Positions 15,608-24,319 of a stretch of 64,000 nt of DNA are shown piece by piece (position 1 is the stretch's first letter; every line of letters begins with the position of its first letter). The stretch covers positions 161,350 through 225,349 of the forward strand of contig CAVUEQ010000003.1 in NCBI GenBank assembly GCA_963740635.1. The letters are read 5' to 3'. The position numbers were made by a program, and so were the translations under genes. Origin of the DNA: an uncultured bacterium (GTDB lineage Bacteria; Patescibacteriota; Saccharimonadia; UBA4664). Under the pieces are notes generated by a model that was not told the DNA's origin, did no database searches, and worked only from the letters and a program-made list of their open reading frames with translations.

Positions 15608-16873
15608 CTACACCAGGTGCGCGTAGAGGAGGTCAGTGGGCGCCAGCACCTGATAGCTGACCCCGAGACGGTCGAGGCGGGCAGTGAGAGCGGGGAAATC
15701 AGCGGGGGCGGCGACTTCGATGCCGACCAGGGCGGAGCCGGAGTCTTTGTTGGTTTTCTTGATGTATTCGAAGCGGGTGATGTCGTCGGTGGGGCCGAGG
15801 GCACGGTCTACGAACTGGCGGAGTTGGCCGGGCTTTTGCTGGAATTCGACCAGCAGGTAATGCTTGAGGCCCTCGTGGGCGAGGCTGCGCTCCATGATTT
15901 CGGGGTAGCGCAGGATGTCGTTGTTGCCGCCGGAGACGATGACGACCACGGTTTGGCCGCGGAGTTTAGGGGCGAGCTGGTCGAGGGCGGAGGTGGCCAG
16001 GGCGCCGGCGGGCTCAGTGACGATGCCCTCGTTTTGGTAGAGCTCGATCATGGTGGTGCAGGTTTTGCCCTCGGGGACGAGAACGAGGTCGTCGAGGAGG
16101 TCTTTGGCGATGGCGAAGGTGCGCTCGCCGACGGATTGGACCGCCGCGCCGTCCACGAATTTGTCGATGCGGTCCAGGCGCACCACGCGGCCCTCGCGCA
16201 GGGCGCGGTGCATGGCGGGCGCGCCGGCGGGCTCGGCGCCGAGGAGCTTGAGGTCCGGCAGCTTGGCCTTGAGGTAGGTGCCGAGCCCGGCCGCCAACCC
16301 GCCGCCGCCCACCGGGACCACGACGACGTCCGGGCCGCCAGGCAGGGCCTCGAGGATTTCGCGGCCCACGGTCCCCTGCCCGGCCATCACACGCGGGTCG
16401 TCGAAGGGGTGCACGAACACGGCGCCGGACTTGGCAGTGTGCTCGAGCGCCGCCGCCAGGGAGTCGTCGAAGGTGTGGCCGCTCAAACGCACGTCGGCCC
16501 AGTCGCCGCCGAAGTGCCGGATGCGGCTGATTTTCTGCGGCGGGGTGCCCTCGGGCACATAGATGGCGGTGCGGATTTTGAGAGTGGCGGCGGCCAGCGC
16601 TACGCCCTGCGCGTGGTTGCCGGCGCTGGCGGTGACGGCTCCCCGTTTGCGCTCCTCCGCGCTCAGGCCCTTCATGAGGTTGTAAGCGCCCCGCAATTTG
16701 TAGCTGCGCACCACCTGCTGGTCCTCGTGCTTAAGATAGATTTTGGCATGAAGGCGCTCCGAAAGCCGCTCCGAATATTCGAGCGGGGTGCGCTTTACCA
16801 GGTCGTAAATCTGCCCGGCGGCGGCATCGACGTCAGCGGCGGACAGCAGTTTTGATGTGGTGGCGGTGGGCAT
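15608..16873 (-). CDS. ilvA: Threonine ammonia-lyase (biosynthetic type, one C-terminal regulatory domain)
   Basis: PLP-fold sequence with an ACT-like C-terminus. 421 aa. Confidence 0.95.
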   Translation of the reverse strand: MPTATTSKLLSAADVDAAAGQIYDLVKRTPLEYSERLSERLHAKIYLKHEDQQVVRSYKLRGAYNLMKGLSAEERKRGAVTASAGNHAQGVALAAATLKIRTAIYVPEGTPPQKISRIRHFGGDWADVRLSGHTFDDSLAAALEHTAKSGAVFVHPFDDPRVMAGQGTVGREILEALPGGPDVVVVPVGGGGLAAGLGTYLKAKLPDLKLLGAEPAGAPAMHRALREGRVVRLDRIDKFVDGAAVQSVGERTFAIAKDLLDDLVLVPEGKTCTTMIELYQNEGIVTEPAGALATSALDQLAPKLRGQTVVVIVSGGNNDILRYPEIMERSLAHEGLKHYLLVEFQQKPGQLRQFVDRALGPTDDITRFEYIKKTNKDSGSALVGIEVAAPADFPALTARLDRLGVSYQVLAPTDLLYAHLV

Positions 16874-16887
16874 GTGCGACCTTTCGT

Positions 16888-16916
16888 TAAATGAAAAGGC
16901 CTCCCGGGCGGGAGGC
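16888..16916 (-). terminator. Attenuator terminator about 15 nt upstream of the ilvA SD
   Basis: GCCTCCC-GCCC-GGGAGGC followed by CTTTTCATTT on the minus strand. Confidence 0.75.
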
Positions 16917-16942
16917 TTCCTGGTTGGCGTTTGGGCTCTGAG

Positions 16943-17011
16943 CTACGCTAAACCGGCCTCCCGAGGGGGGTGGCTAATAATCATGCCAATGATGATGGCG
17001 GCGTGGCTCAT
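16943..17011 (-). CDS. Ile-rich leader peptide MSHAAIIIGMIISHPPREAGLA
   Basis: 22 codons, 5 of them Ile. TACACT-N6-ATG. Its 3' end contains CGGGAGGCC, which can pair with the terminator 5' arm. Confidence 0.65.
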   Translation of the reverse strand: MSHAAIIIGMIISHPPREAGLA

Positions 17012-17059
17012 GGGCGCAGTGTAGCATACCCGCCCGGCCTCCGCTACGTCGCCGGCGCG

Positions 17060-17088
17060 TTGACCTGCGCGCGGACCGCGTCTATAAT
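17060..17088 (+). promoter_or_regulatory. Consensus sigma-70-type promoter for tRNA-Asn
   Basis: TTGACC-17 nt-TATAAT, 15 nt before the tRNA 5' end. Confidence 0.8.
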
Positions 17089-17103
17089 TCGCGAGTACCA
17101 CAT

Positions 17104-17178
17104 TCCGGAGTAGCTCAGTGGTAGAGCAGTTCGCTGTTAACGAATTGGTCGTCGGTTCGAGCCCGACCTCCGGAGCCA
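17104..17178 (+). tRNA. tRNA-Asn (GTT), CCA encoded
   Basis: Cloverleaf read by hand. Acceptor TCCGGAG/CTCCGGA, D arm GCTC..GAGC, anticodon loop CTGTTAA, T arm GTCGG-TTCGAGC-CCGAC. Confidence 0.95.
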
Positions 17179-17192
17179 GGAATTATTCGATG

Positions 17193-17226
17193 AAAGAGGC
17201 TTTCTTAGGCCTCTTTTTATTTTTTG
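17193..17226. terminator. Bidirectional terminator between the tRNA and the P-type ATPase
   Basis: AAGAGGC-tttcttag-GCCTCTT followed by a T-run. It overlaps the ATPase stop. Confidence 0.75.
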
Positions 17227-19547
17227 GATACGAGGGCTTTGACCATGTCCGAAACTTGCATCCAGCCGAAGGACCAGACCCAGACGATGAGGATCCATTC
17301 GAGGGGCAAGGGGGTCATGAACAGCCCGGCGCCGGCGATGAGGGTGGCTATGAGCTGGGTGACGGTGGTAGCGGCGATGACCTGGCGGCTGGGCAAGAAG
17401 CGATACCACGGCTCGTCGGTATGGGCGACATAGATGAGCATGTGGCCGGCCACGGTGAGCTTGAGGAAGAAAGCGGTTTGGATGACTTCAATCGGCAGCC
17501 GGGCCGGGTAACGCATGATGTAGAACAGCAGGAGGCTGCTGGCGATACCGACGGTGCCATGGAGTATACCGCGGTAGAGTTTGCGCTTGGAGCGGCTGGA
17601 GGCGGGGGCGTGGCCGGTGCGGACGCGGTTAAAAGCCAGGGAGATGATCGGCAAATCGTTGAGGAAGGCAATGAGAATGAGCTGGATGGGCGTGATGGGA
17701 TAACTGTGGACAAGCAGGCCCAAAACGGCGATGGTGACGATGAGGCGCAGACTCTCTGAGATGCGGTAGACCGAATAACTGTAGAGGCGCTCGAAGATTT
17801 TGCGGGATTCGGTGAGGGCGTCTTTGACGACGGCCACGCCGGGTGCTGTTAGCACCACGTCGGCCGAGCTTTTGAGCGCGTCGACCGAATTGGCGACCGC
17901 AATGCCTATGTCGGCGGCGGCAACCGACGGCAGGTCATTGACGCCGTCGCCGGTGGCTGCGACCACGAAATCGTGCTTGGCAGCTTCCACGAGGCGGTAT
18001 TTGTCTTCGGGCAGGATTTCGGCGAAACCGGCGGCGGCATGCCACCAGGATTTGGAGACGGCGGCGCCGGGTGGCGGGAGCTCGCCGGCCGGCTTCACGC
18101 GCCCGCGCAGGCCGAGCAGCTGGGCGATGCGGGTGGCGATGGCGAGGTTGTCGCCGGTGATCATTTTGGTCTCGATGCCCTCCAGCCGCAGGGCTTCGAT
18201 GGTCTGTTTGGCGTCGGCGCGGGGCGGGTCGGACAGCATAACGAGGCCGAGCAGCTTCATGCCTTCCTCCCGTCGGCCTTCGGCTTGGGCCACGGCGAGC
18301 ACGCGGAAACCGTCGGCGGCGGCCGCGGCCACATCACGGTCGGCGCGAGACTGGATGCGCGGGTCTGCGCGGCAGAGCGCAGTCACCACCTGCACTGCGC
18401 CCACCGAAATGGTGAGCTCCCCGTCGGCGGCCTTGAGGTAGCCGGTGGTGCGCTTGCGCTGGGAGTCGGCCGGCACGGTGTCGAGCAGCTGCGCTGCATG
18501 GCCCGCGGGGTGTTCGGCGGCGGCGGCGCGCAGGGCGTGGTTGATGGGGTCTTGCTCCACCGTTGAGACGGCGGCGGCCCATGCCAGCACCCCGGCCTCG
18601 TCCATGCCGTCGTATGGAACCACGCGGGCCACGGTGATGGTGTTTTGGGTGAGAGTGCCGGTCTTGTCGCTGAGGAGCAGGTTGACGTTGGCCAGGTTCT
18701 CAAGGGCCGACATTTGGCGCACGATGACGCCACGATGCGACAGTTCCACCACGCCGATGCTGATGATAATAGTCATGACTGTGGGCAGGCTCACGGGCAC
18801 GCCGGCTATGAGGAGGCTGAGATCGAGGCGCAGCAATTCGGGAAGCGGCTGGTGGCCGGCCAGGAACACCAAGGTGAGGATGGTGACGGCAACCAAACTG
18901 GTGATGGAGAGCAGATAGGCCACGCTAAGCATATCCTGCTCGAGGAGGCTGCGCTTGGTGGCCTTTTCGACCAGTAGGATGGCCTTGCCGAAGGTAGTGC
19001 GGGCGCCGGTGCGGGTGAGGCGGGCGCGGGCCAGGCCGGTAGTGACGTACGAGCCCGCCAGCAATTGGTCGCCGGGCACTTTGTCTTTGGGCAATGATTC
19101 GCCGGTGAGGGCCGCCTCGTTGGCGGTGAGATTCTTGGCCTCTACCAAGTCGGCATCGGCCGGCACGAGTCCGCCGACGCCCAGCTCCACCAAATCGCCT
19201 GGTACGAGTTGCTCCGAGGCTACAGGCTGCCACTGTCCGTCGCGCAGGGTGCGGATAAACACCCGGAGCTTGGACCGGAGCTCTTCGACTGCGGCGCCGG
19301 CCCGCCGCTCCTGGCCAAAGGTGATAAAACCGTTGAGGCCAGTGAGGAACATGATTAGCCAAAAATCGAACTGGTGCCGGCTGAACCAGGATAACGCTGC
19401 GGCTGCGAGCAACATCAAGGTTATCGGCGAAAACAGCCATTTGGCGAGGCGCTTGAGAATGCCCGGCCGCTGCTCCGGAACCGAGTTGGGCCCGTATTTC
19501 GTAAACAGCCGCCCTGCTTCGGCCGAGGTCAGTCCGGGTTGCTCCAT
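17217..19547 (-). CDS. P-type ATPase, type IIIA (plasma-membrane H+-ATPase-like)
   Basis: DKTGTLTQN, MITGDNLAIA, GDGVNDLPS. The N-terminus GLTSAEAGRLFTKYGPN is typical of H+-ATPases. Confidence 0.9.
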   Translation of the reverse strand: MEQPGLTSAEAGRLFTKYGPNSVPEQRPGILKRLAKWLFSPITLMLLAAAALSWFSRHQFDFWLIMFLTGLNGFITFGQERRAGAAVEELRSKLRVFIRTLRDGQWQPVASEQLVPGDLVELGVGGLVPADADLVEAKNLTANEAALTGESLPKDKVPGDQLLAGSYVTTGLARARLTRTGARTTFGKAILLVEKATKRSLLEQDMLSVAYLLSITSLVAVTILTLVFLAGHQPLPELLRLDLSLLIAGVPVSLPTVMTIIISIGVVELSHRGVIVRQMSALENLANVNLLLSDKTGTLTQNTITVARVVPYDGMDEAGVLAWAAAVSTVEQDPINHALRAAAAEHPAGHAAQLLDTVPADSQRKRTTGYLKAADGELTISVGAVQVVTALCRADPRIQSRADRDVAAAAADGFRVLAVAQAEGRREEGMKLLGLVMLSDPPRADAKQTIEALRLEGIETKMITGDNLAIATRIAQLLGLRGRVKPAGELPPPGAAVSKSWWHAAAGFAEILPEDKYRLVEAAKHDFVVAATGDGVNDLPSVAAADIGIAVANSVDALKSSADVVLTAPGVAVVKDALTESRKIFERLYSYSVYRISESLRLIVTIAVLGLLVHSYPITPIQLILIAFLNDLPIISLAFNRVRTGHAPASSRSKRKLYRGILHGTVGIASSLLLFYIMRYPARLPIEVIQTAFFLKLTVAGHMLIYVAHTDEPWYRFLPSRQVIAATTVTQLIATLIAGAGLFMTPLPLEWILIVWVWSFGWMQVSDMVKALVSKK

Positions 19548-19614
19548 GCCAACATCATAACAAGTATGAGGCGCCTAAGGCCGGCCATCCCCCCAAATGG
19601 TACTATTACGGTAC

Positions 19615-20517
19615 ATGGCGGCGCCGATAACAATCGCAAACGTTACCAAATACTACGGCCACTCGAAGGTTCCCGCTGTGCATGACTTGACGCTTGAGAT
19701 CCGGTCCGGCGAAGTGTACGGGCTGATTGGCGCGAACGGCGCCGGCAAATCTACCACAATCCGGATGATTTTAGACTTTATACGGCCAAGTGCGGGTACT
19801 ATCCAACTGTTTGGCCGTGATAACCGGCAGGGCGGCGCGAAACTCCGCTCCCGTGTGGGCTACCTCCCGGGTGACGTGGTATTGCCTAAGGGCGCTACCG
19901 GGCGGGATTATTTAACGTATCTGGGCAAATTGAGCGGGGGGATAGACCACGCTTATCTGGGTCAGCTGGCGAAACGGTTTGAAGCGCAGCTGGACAAAAA
20001 AATGAACCAGCTCTCAAAGGGCAACCGGCAAAAAATCGGTCTGATTCAGGCATTGATGCATCAGCCCGATATTCTAGTGCTCGACGAGCCGACCAGCGGG
20101 CTTGACCCGATTATGCAGGAACAGTTTTATCATACAGTTAGCGAAGCCCGCGGGCGCGGAGCGACTGTATTGCTGAGCAGTCATAGCTTTGAGGAAGTCG
20201 AGCGCACGTGCGACCGCATCGGCATTATGCGCCAAGGGCAATTTGTGCATGAGGGTTTGGCAACGGATATCATTGCGACACAGAAGCCCCGCTGGCGGGT
20301 GACCTGTAAACACGCCCGTGATGTCGCGACGCTCAAAACCAGCCCGGCGCTGAAGGTGATCGACGTAGGCCGGAGCAGTCTGACGGTTGAGCCGGCGGAC
20401 TCTATCGAGCAGGCACTGGCAGCGCTGTCGCACTACCCCATCGCCGCTATGACGACCAGCCAGCATGGCCTCGAAGATGAATTTCTGCGCTTTTATGAGG
20501 CGGAGGAGCAGCCGTGA
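19615..20517 (+). CDS. ABC transporter ATP-binding protein (ABC-2 type)
   Basis: GANGAGKST, LSKGNRQK, LVLDEPTSGLD. An alternative ATG lies at 19597. Confidence 0.9.
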   Translation: MAAPITIANVTKYYGHSKVPAVHDLTLEIRSGEVYGLIGANGAGKSTTIRMILDFIRPSAGTIQLFGRDNRQGGAKLRSRVGYLPGDVVLPKGATGRDYLTYLGKLSGGIDHAYLGQLAKRFEAQLDKKMNQLSKGNRQKIGLIQALMHQPDILVLDEPTSGLDPIMQEQFYHTVSEARGRGATVLLSSHSFEEVERTCDRIGIMRQGQFVHEGLATDIIATQKPRWRVTCKHARDVATLKTSPALKVIDVGRSSLTVEPADSIEQALAALSHYPIAAMTTSQHGLEDEFLRFYEAEEQP

Positions 20518-21308
20518 ACGCAGTGATTGCCTGGGAACTTAAACGGCGGCGCCTTTTCATTCTCTGGTGGACACTCGGCATCTCCAGCCTGATTGCCGTG
20601 ACGGTGCTGGCCTACAAGGCCATCGGCCATGACGCCAAGCAGCTCAATTCCACATTCGATAGCATTTCGTCATCGGCAGGCGGGTTTTTTGGCGGCAGCG
20701 ACTTCTTTTCGCCCATCGGCTACATGAGTTCGCAGATATACTACGTACTGCTCCCGATTCTGATCATAATTATGGTCACGACGCTGGCAGCCGGCCTCAT
20801 GAACCGCGACGAAAACGACGGCACCGTTGAATACACATTAGCGAGGGCAATCAGCAGACAGCGGCTGCTAGGTTCCAAGGCGCTGGTTTGGCTGATCGTG
20901 ACCGCGGCTGTCTGTGCTCTTACCTACGCCGTTACGGTAGTGACGGTTCAGATTGCCGGTATCAAAATAAGCCGGGCTGACCTGCTGGTGACCCATTTGC
21001 TGTCATTTGCATTTTCGGCATCGTTTGGCGTGATTGCCTTCGCGCTGATGGCGGCTAGCCGGCTGACACGCAGAATTGCCGGCAGTATTGCCATTGTGCT
21101 GGCATTTGGTGGTTACACAATTTCGTCGCTGGCGAGTTTGGTGCACTGGCTGGAAGTTCCGGCAAAATTTATGCCGTACCACTACTACGACACGGTTGGC
21201 CTACTGAGCGGGCATATAGATCGCGGGCTGGTGGTATACCTCATCGGGACAGTTCTGGTATCGGCCGGCGTCGCCTCGATTGGCTATGCGCGGCGGGATA
21301 TCGGATAA
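20514..21308 (+). CDS. ABC-2 family permease
   Basis: 6-TM profile. 4-nt overlap with the ATPase gene. Confidence 0.8.
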   Translation: MNAVIAWELKRRRLFILWWTLGISSLIAVTVLAYKAIGHDAKQLNSTFDSISSSAGGFFGGSDFFSPIGYMSSQIYYVLLPILIIIMVTTLAAGLMNRDENDGTVEYTLARAISRQRLLGSKALVWLIVTAAVCALTYAVTVVTVQIAGIKISRADLLVTHLLSFAFSASFGVIAFALMAASRLTRRIAGSIAIVLAFGGYTISSLASLVHWLEVPAKFMPYHYYDTVGLLSGHIDRGLVVYLIGTVLVSAGVASIGYARRDIG

Positions 21309-21377
21309 ACTTTCAAGAGTCTGGTTTGAATCAAATAGCCTGCGGTTCTAACATCTCCCACGACCCGGCGCCAGGAT

Positions 21378-22595
21378 TTATGGCTCCAGCGCATCAAGCG
21401 CTTGCCGCAGGTCAGCCAGTAAGTCCGCGTCGTTTTCGATACCGACGGAGATTCGGAACAAGCCGTCGGTGAGGCCGATTTTGGCCCGTTCTTCCGGCGG
21501 GGTGGCGGCGCTGGTCATGCTGGCCGGGTGGTCGATAAGCGACTCCACGCTGCCAAGACTCTCGGCTAACGGAAAGTACTTGAGCGCCTGCACGAAGCGC
21601 TGAGGGTTGTATTCCGGCTTGAGCTCCAGGGAAACAATCCCGCCGCCGCCCTTCATCTGCGCTTTGACAATCCGGCCTTGCCCGCCCTCAAAGAAATCCG
21701 GGTAGTAGACTTGTTTGACTTTGGGATGGTCGCGAAGCATCGCGGCTACTTGCCGGGCATTTTCGACATGCCGCTGCATGCGCAGCTCCAGCGTACGCAG
21801 GCCTCGCAGCGTCAGCCAGCTGTCGAACGGCGATAATATGGCACCAATGGAGTTCTGTAAAAATTTGAGCCTGGTATATAACGCCTCGTTGCTGGTCGTC
21901 AGCGCACCGCCGACGACGTCGCTGTGGCCGTTCATATATTTGGTAGTTGAATACGCGACAACATCCGCGCCTAAGGCGGCCGGTAGCTGCAAGACTGGCG
22001 TGGCAAAGGTGTTATCCACCACGAGCCAGGCTTTATACTTTTTGGCTAGAATGCTGAGCCGTTTGATATCCGCCACCTTGAGCAGCGGATTGGTCGGCGT
22101 CTCTATCCAGATGATTTTTACGCTGCCTTGTTTGAGCGCCTTTTCGGCTTCCATAGCGTCGGTCAGGTCGGCGATCCGGTATTTGATGCCTTGCGCTCCG
22201 GCGGCCCGGACAATGAACCGGTAGGTGCCACCGTAGCTATCGCTTGAGAATAGGATCATTTCGTCCGGCCCCAGCAGCGCCACGATGTTGGCCAGGGCGG
22301 CCGAGCCAGAACTGTATACTAAGCCGTACTTATTGCCGTCCAGATCGGCGAGTACTTGCTCCAGCAAGATGCGGGTGGGATTGGCGGTGCGCGAGTAGTC
22401 ATAGTGTTCGTAGTCATTATTGAACTTGAACTTATTCTTGGCCTTCCATTCTGGCAGCGGCACGGAGCCGTCATAAAAGCCGCCGTTATTGCCAAATTTG
22501 AAAGTTGTACTGAGATGGAGAGGTGGAATGATCGCCCCGTCGTCGTCGTTCGGTGTGTAGCCGCTATGCAACACGTTTGTGGAAAATCCTGTCAT
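21378..22595 (-). CDS. Cys/Met-metabolism PLP enzyme (cystathionine gamma-lyase/synthase family)
   Basis: YSTTKYMNGHSDVVGG PLP-lysine region. Adjacent to the CBS/CysK-like gene. Confidence 0.9.
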   Translation of the reverse strand: MTGFSTNVLHSGYTPNDDDGAIIPPLHLSTTFKFGNNGGFYDGSVPLPEWKAKNKFKFNNDYEHYDYSRTANPTRILLEQVLADLDGNKYGLVYSSGSAALANIVALLGPDEMILFSSDSYGGTYRFIVRAAGAQGIKYRIADLTDAMEAEKALKQGSVKIIWIETPTNPLLKVADIKRLSILAKKYKAWLVVDNTFATPVLQLPAALGADVVAYSTTKYMNGHSDVVGGALTTSNEALYTRLKFLQNSIGAILSPFDSWLTLRGLRTLELRMQRHVENARQVAAMLRDHPKVKQVYYPDFFEGGQGRIVKAQMKGGGGIVSLELKPEYNPQRFVQALKYFPLAESLGSVESLIDHPASMTSAATPPEERAKIGLTDGLFRISVGIENDADLLADLRQALDALEP

Positions 22596-22610
22596 ACCAT
22601 TTTTCCTTAA

Positions 22611-23546
22611 CTAAAAGTAATTCTTTGATAGGTACGCCCGGCCGGAGTCGCTGAATATCGTGACGGCCAGACCGGTCTTGGTTAAATATTGCTGGTAATT
22701 CTGGGCCGCATAGGCCACGGCTCCACTGCTCGGTCCCACCAACAGGCCGTGTTTTGAGGCCAGCAACCGCAGCATGGCTATGGCATCCGCATCCCCGACG
22801 TTTATGAACTCATCAATTACCGCTTCGTTTAGGCACGGGGTTTCGAAATCAATGCCGATGCCTTCCAGGACATAGGGCTTTGGTTTTCCTCCCGTGGCAT
22901 GGAATGATGCGGCTGAGTCCACAGCGATTACTTTAATGTCAGGATTCTGCTCCTTCAGATACGCGCCGACGCCACTGACCTGACCGCCCGTACCGGCCGC
23001 TGCAAAATAATGGGTAATTTTGCCGCCGGTTTGGCGCCAGATTTCCGGCCCCAGACTAAGGTAATGCGCCTGGGGGTTGGCGGTGTTGAAGTACTGGTCC
23101 GGCATCCACGCGCCGGGGGTGCGCTTTTGCAGCGCCACCGCCTGAGCGTGATAGTTCCCCGGGTCGTCATGCTCATCGGTAGCCGGGCATATCAGCAGCT
23201 TGGCCCCATAGGCCTGGAGCGTGCGCTTTTTCTCTTCGCTGACTTTCTCCGAGACGGTGATAATGACCTCATAGCCTTTTACGGCTCCGATCATCGCCAG
23301 GGCGATGCCCTGGTTGCCCGATGAGGCCTCAATGATGGTTCCGCCTGGTTTTAGCAGGCCGCGGCGTTCGGCTTCCTCAACCATGTAGAGGGCAGTCCGG
23401 TCTTTGATACTGCCGCCTGGGTTTAGGTATTCAAGCTTAGCGAACATTGCGGCCGGCCTGCCCAACGGCAGCTTTATCATGGGAGTATTGCCGATGGCAT
23501 CGAGCAGGCTGCCTAGGTTCGTCTTGGTATCTTCAATTGTTATCAT
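22611..23546 (-). CDS. Cysteine synthase / cystathionine beta-synthase family PLP enzyme
   Basis: LEYLNPGGSIKDR and SSGNQG motifs. Confidence 0.9.
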   Translation of the reverse strand: MITIEDTKTNLGSLLDAIGNTPMIKLPLGRPAAMFAKLEYLNPGGSIKDRTALYMVEEAERRGLLKPGGTIIEASSGNQGIALAMIGAVKGYEVIITVSEKVSEEKKRTLQAYGAKLLICPATDEHDDPGNYHAQAVALQKRTPGAWMPDQYFNTANPQAHYLSLGPEIWRQTGGKITHYFAAAGTGGQVSGVGAYLKEQNPDIKVIAVDSAASFHATGGKPKPYVLEGIGIDFETPCLNEAVIDEFINVGDADAIAMLRLLASKHGLLVGPSSGAVAYAAQNYQQYLTKTGLAVTIFSDSGRAYLSKNYF

Positions 23547-23724
23547 AGTTTCCTAGTACTTGCGGGTTAAATTAAAAACGGGCCGGTGAGGCTCGGTTAA
23601 TCGCAAATCTAAAAAACTAGCCTCACTAAGTACAGGAGGCGCAACAGAAAGTATTTTGGCGGAAATTACTTCTCATACCTTATTTTATAGGGTATGCCGC
23701 TGTTTTTAGCAAGAAGTTGGCGGC

Positions 23725-24276
23725 TTATCCCCGGTCTCTGTTGGTTTTAAGAACCAGGTTCTGCCAATCTAGCCCATCGGCGCTACTCGTGTAGGGCTCA
23801 CCGTCATTTTGAAAATTGAGCTTGTTTAGTAATGAGGCACTGGTAAGGTTGCGGGTGAGATGCCGACTGTATATCTCGGCGTGTCCCTGCTTGTGCAAGA
23901 ATTCGATAACGGCTTGCATTGCCGCCTGGCCGACACCATGCCCACGGGCAGACTCGTCACCCAGCATTATCGAGAGCGCCGGTGCCGCCACTTCCCCATT
24001 GGTGTGTAATTCGACCCAAATTGAGCCGACGATACTCTTGTCGAGCTGGATCATCCAGTTGTATTGGTCGCTCTTATCGAGAAATTCTTGAACGCGCTTG
24101 GACTCCTGCCCGAGCGTCGTCGGGCGAATATCCGCCTCCGCGACCCCCATAAGCCGAAGTGTGTTACGGCCTTTTTCGCCGGCCAGCCACTCAACGGCGA
24201 TTGGGGCATCCCGCTCAACGTTAGGCTTAACGAGTTGGACCGCAGGATTTAGCGTATCGAGCTCGGTGATAAACAT
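23725..24276 (-). CDS. GNAT family N-acetyltransferase
   Basis: RGHGVGQAAMQAVIEF acetyl-CoA motif. GATAAT-N6-ATG at 24276. Confidence 0.8.
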   Translation of the reverse strand: MFITELDTLNPAVQLVKPNVERDAPIAVEWLAGEKGRNTLRLMGVAEADIRPTTLGQESKRVQEFLDKSDQYNWMIQLDKSIVGSIWVELHTNGEVAAPALSIMLGDESARGHGVGQAAMQAVIEFLHKQGHAEIYSRHLTRNLTSASLLNKLNFQNDGEPYTSSADGLDWQNLVLKTNRDRG

Positions 24277-24319
24277 GCCAATATTATCGCCCAGACAGCT
24301 CTTTACCGCCAACGGTGAT

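Noticed and set aside
16874-17103. T-box or other riboswitch upstream of ilvA
   Set aside because: I saw no specifier loop or T-box-like conserved sequence. The Ile-rich mini-ORF plus alternative hairpins explains the region better.
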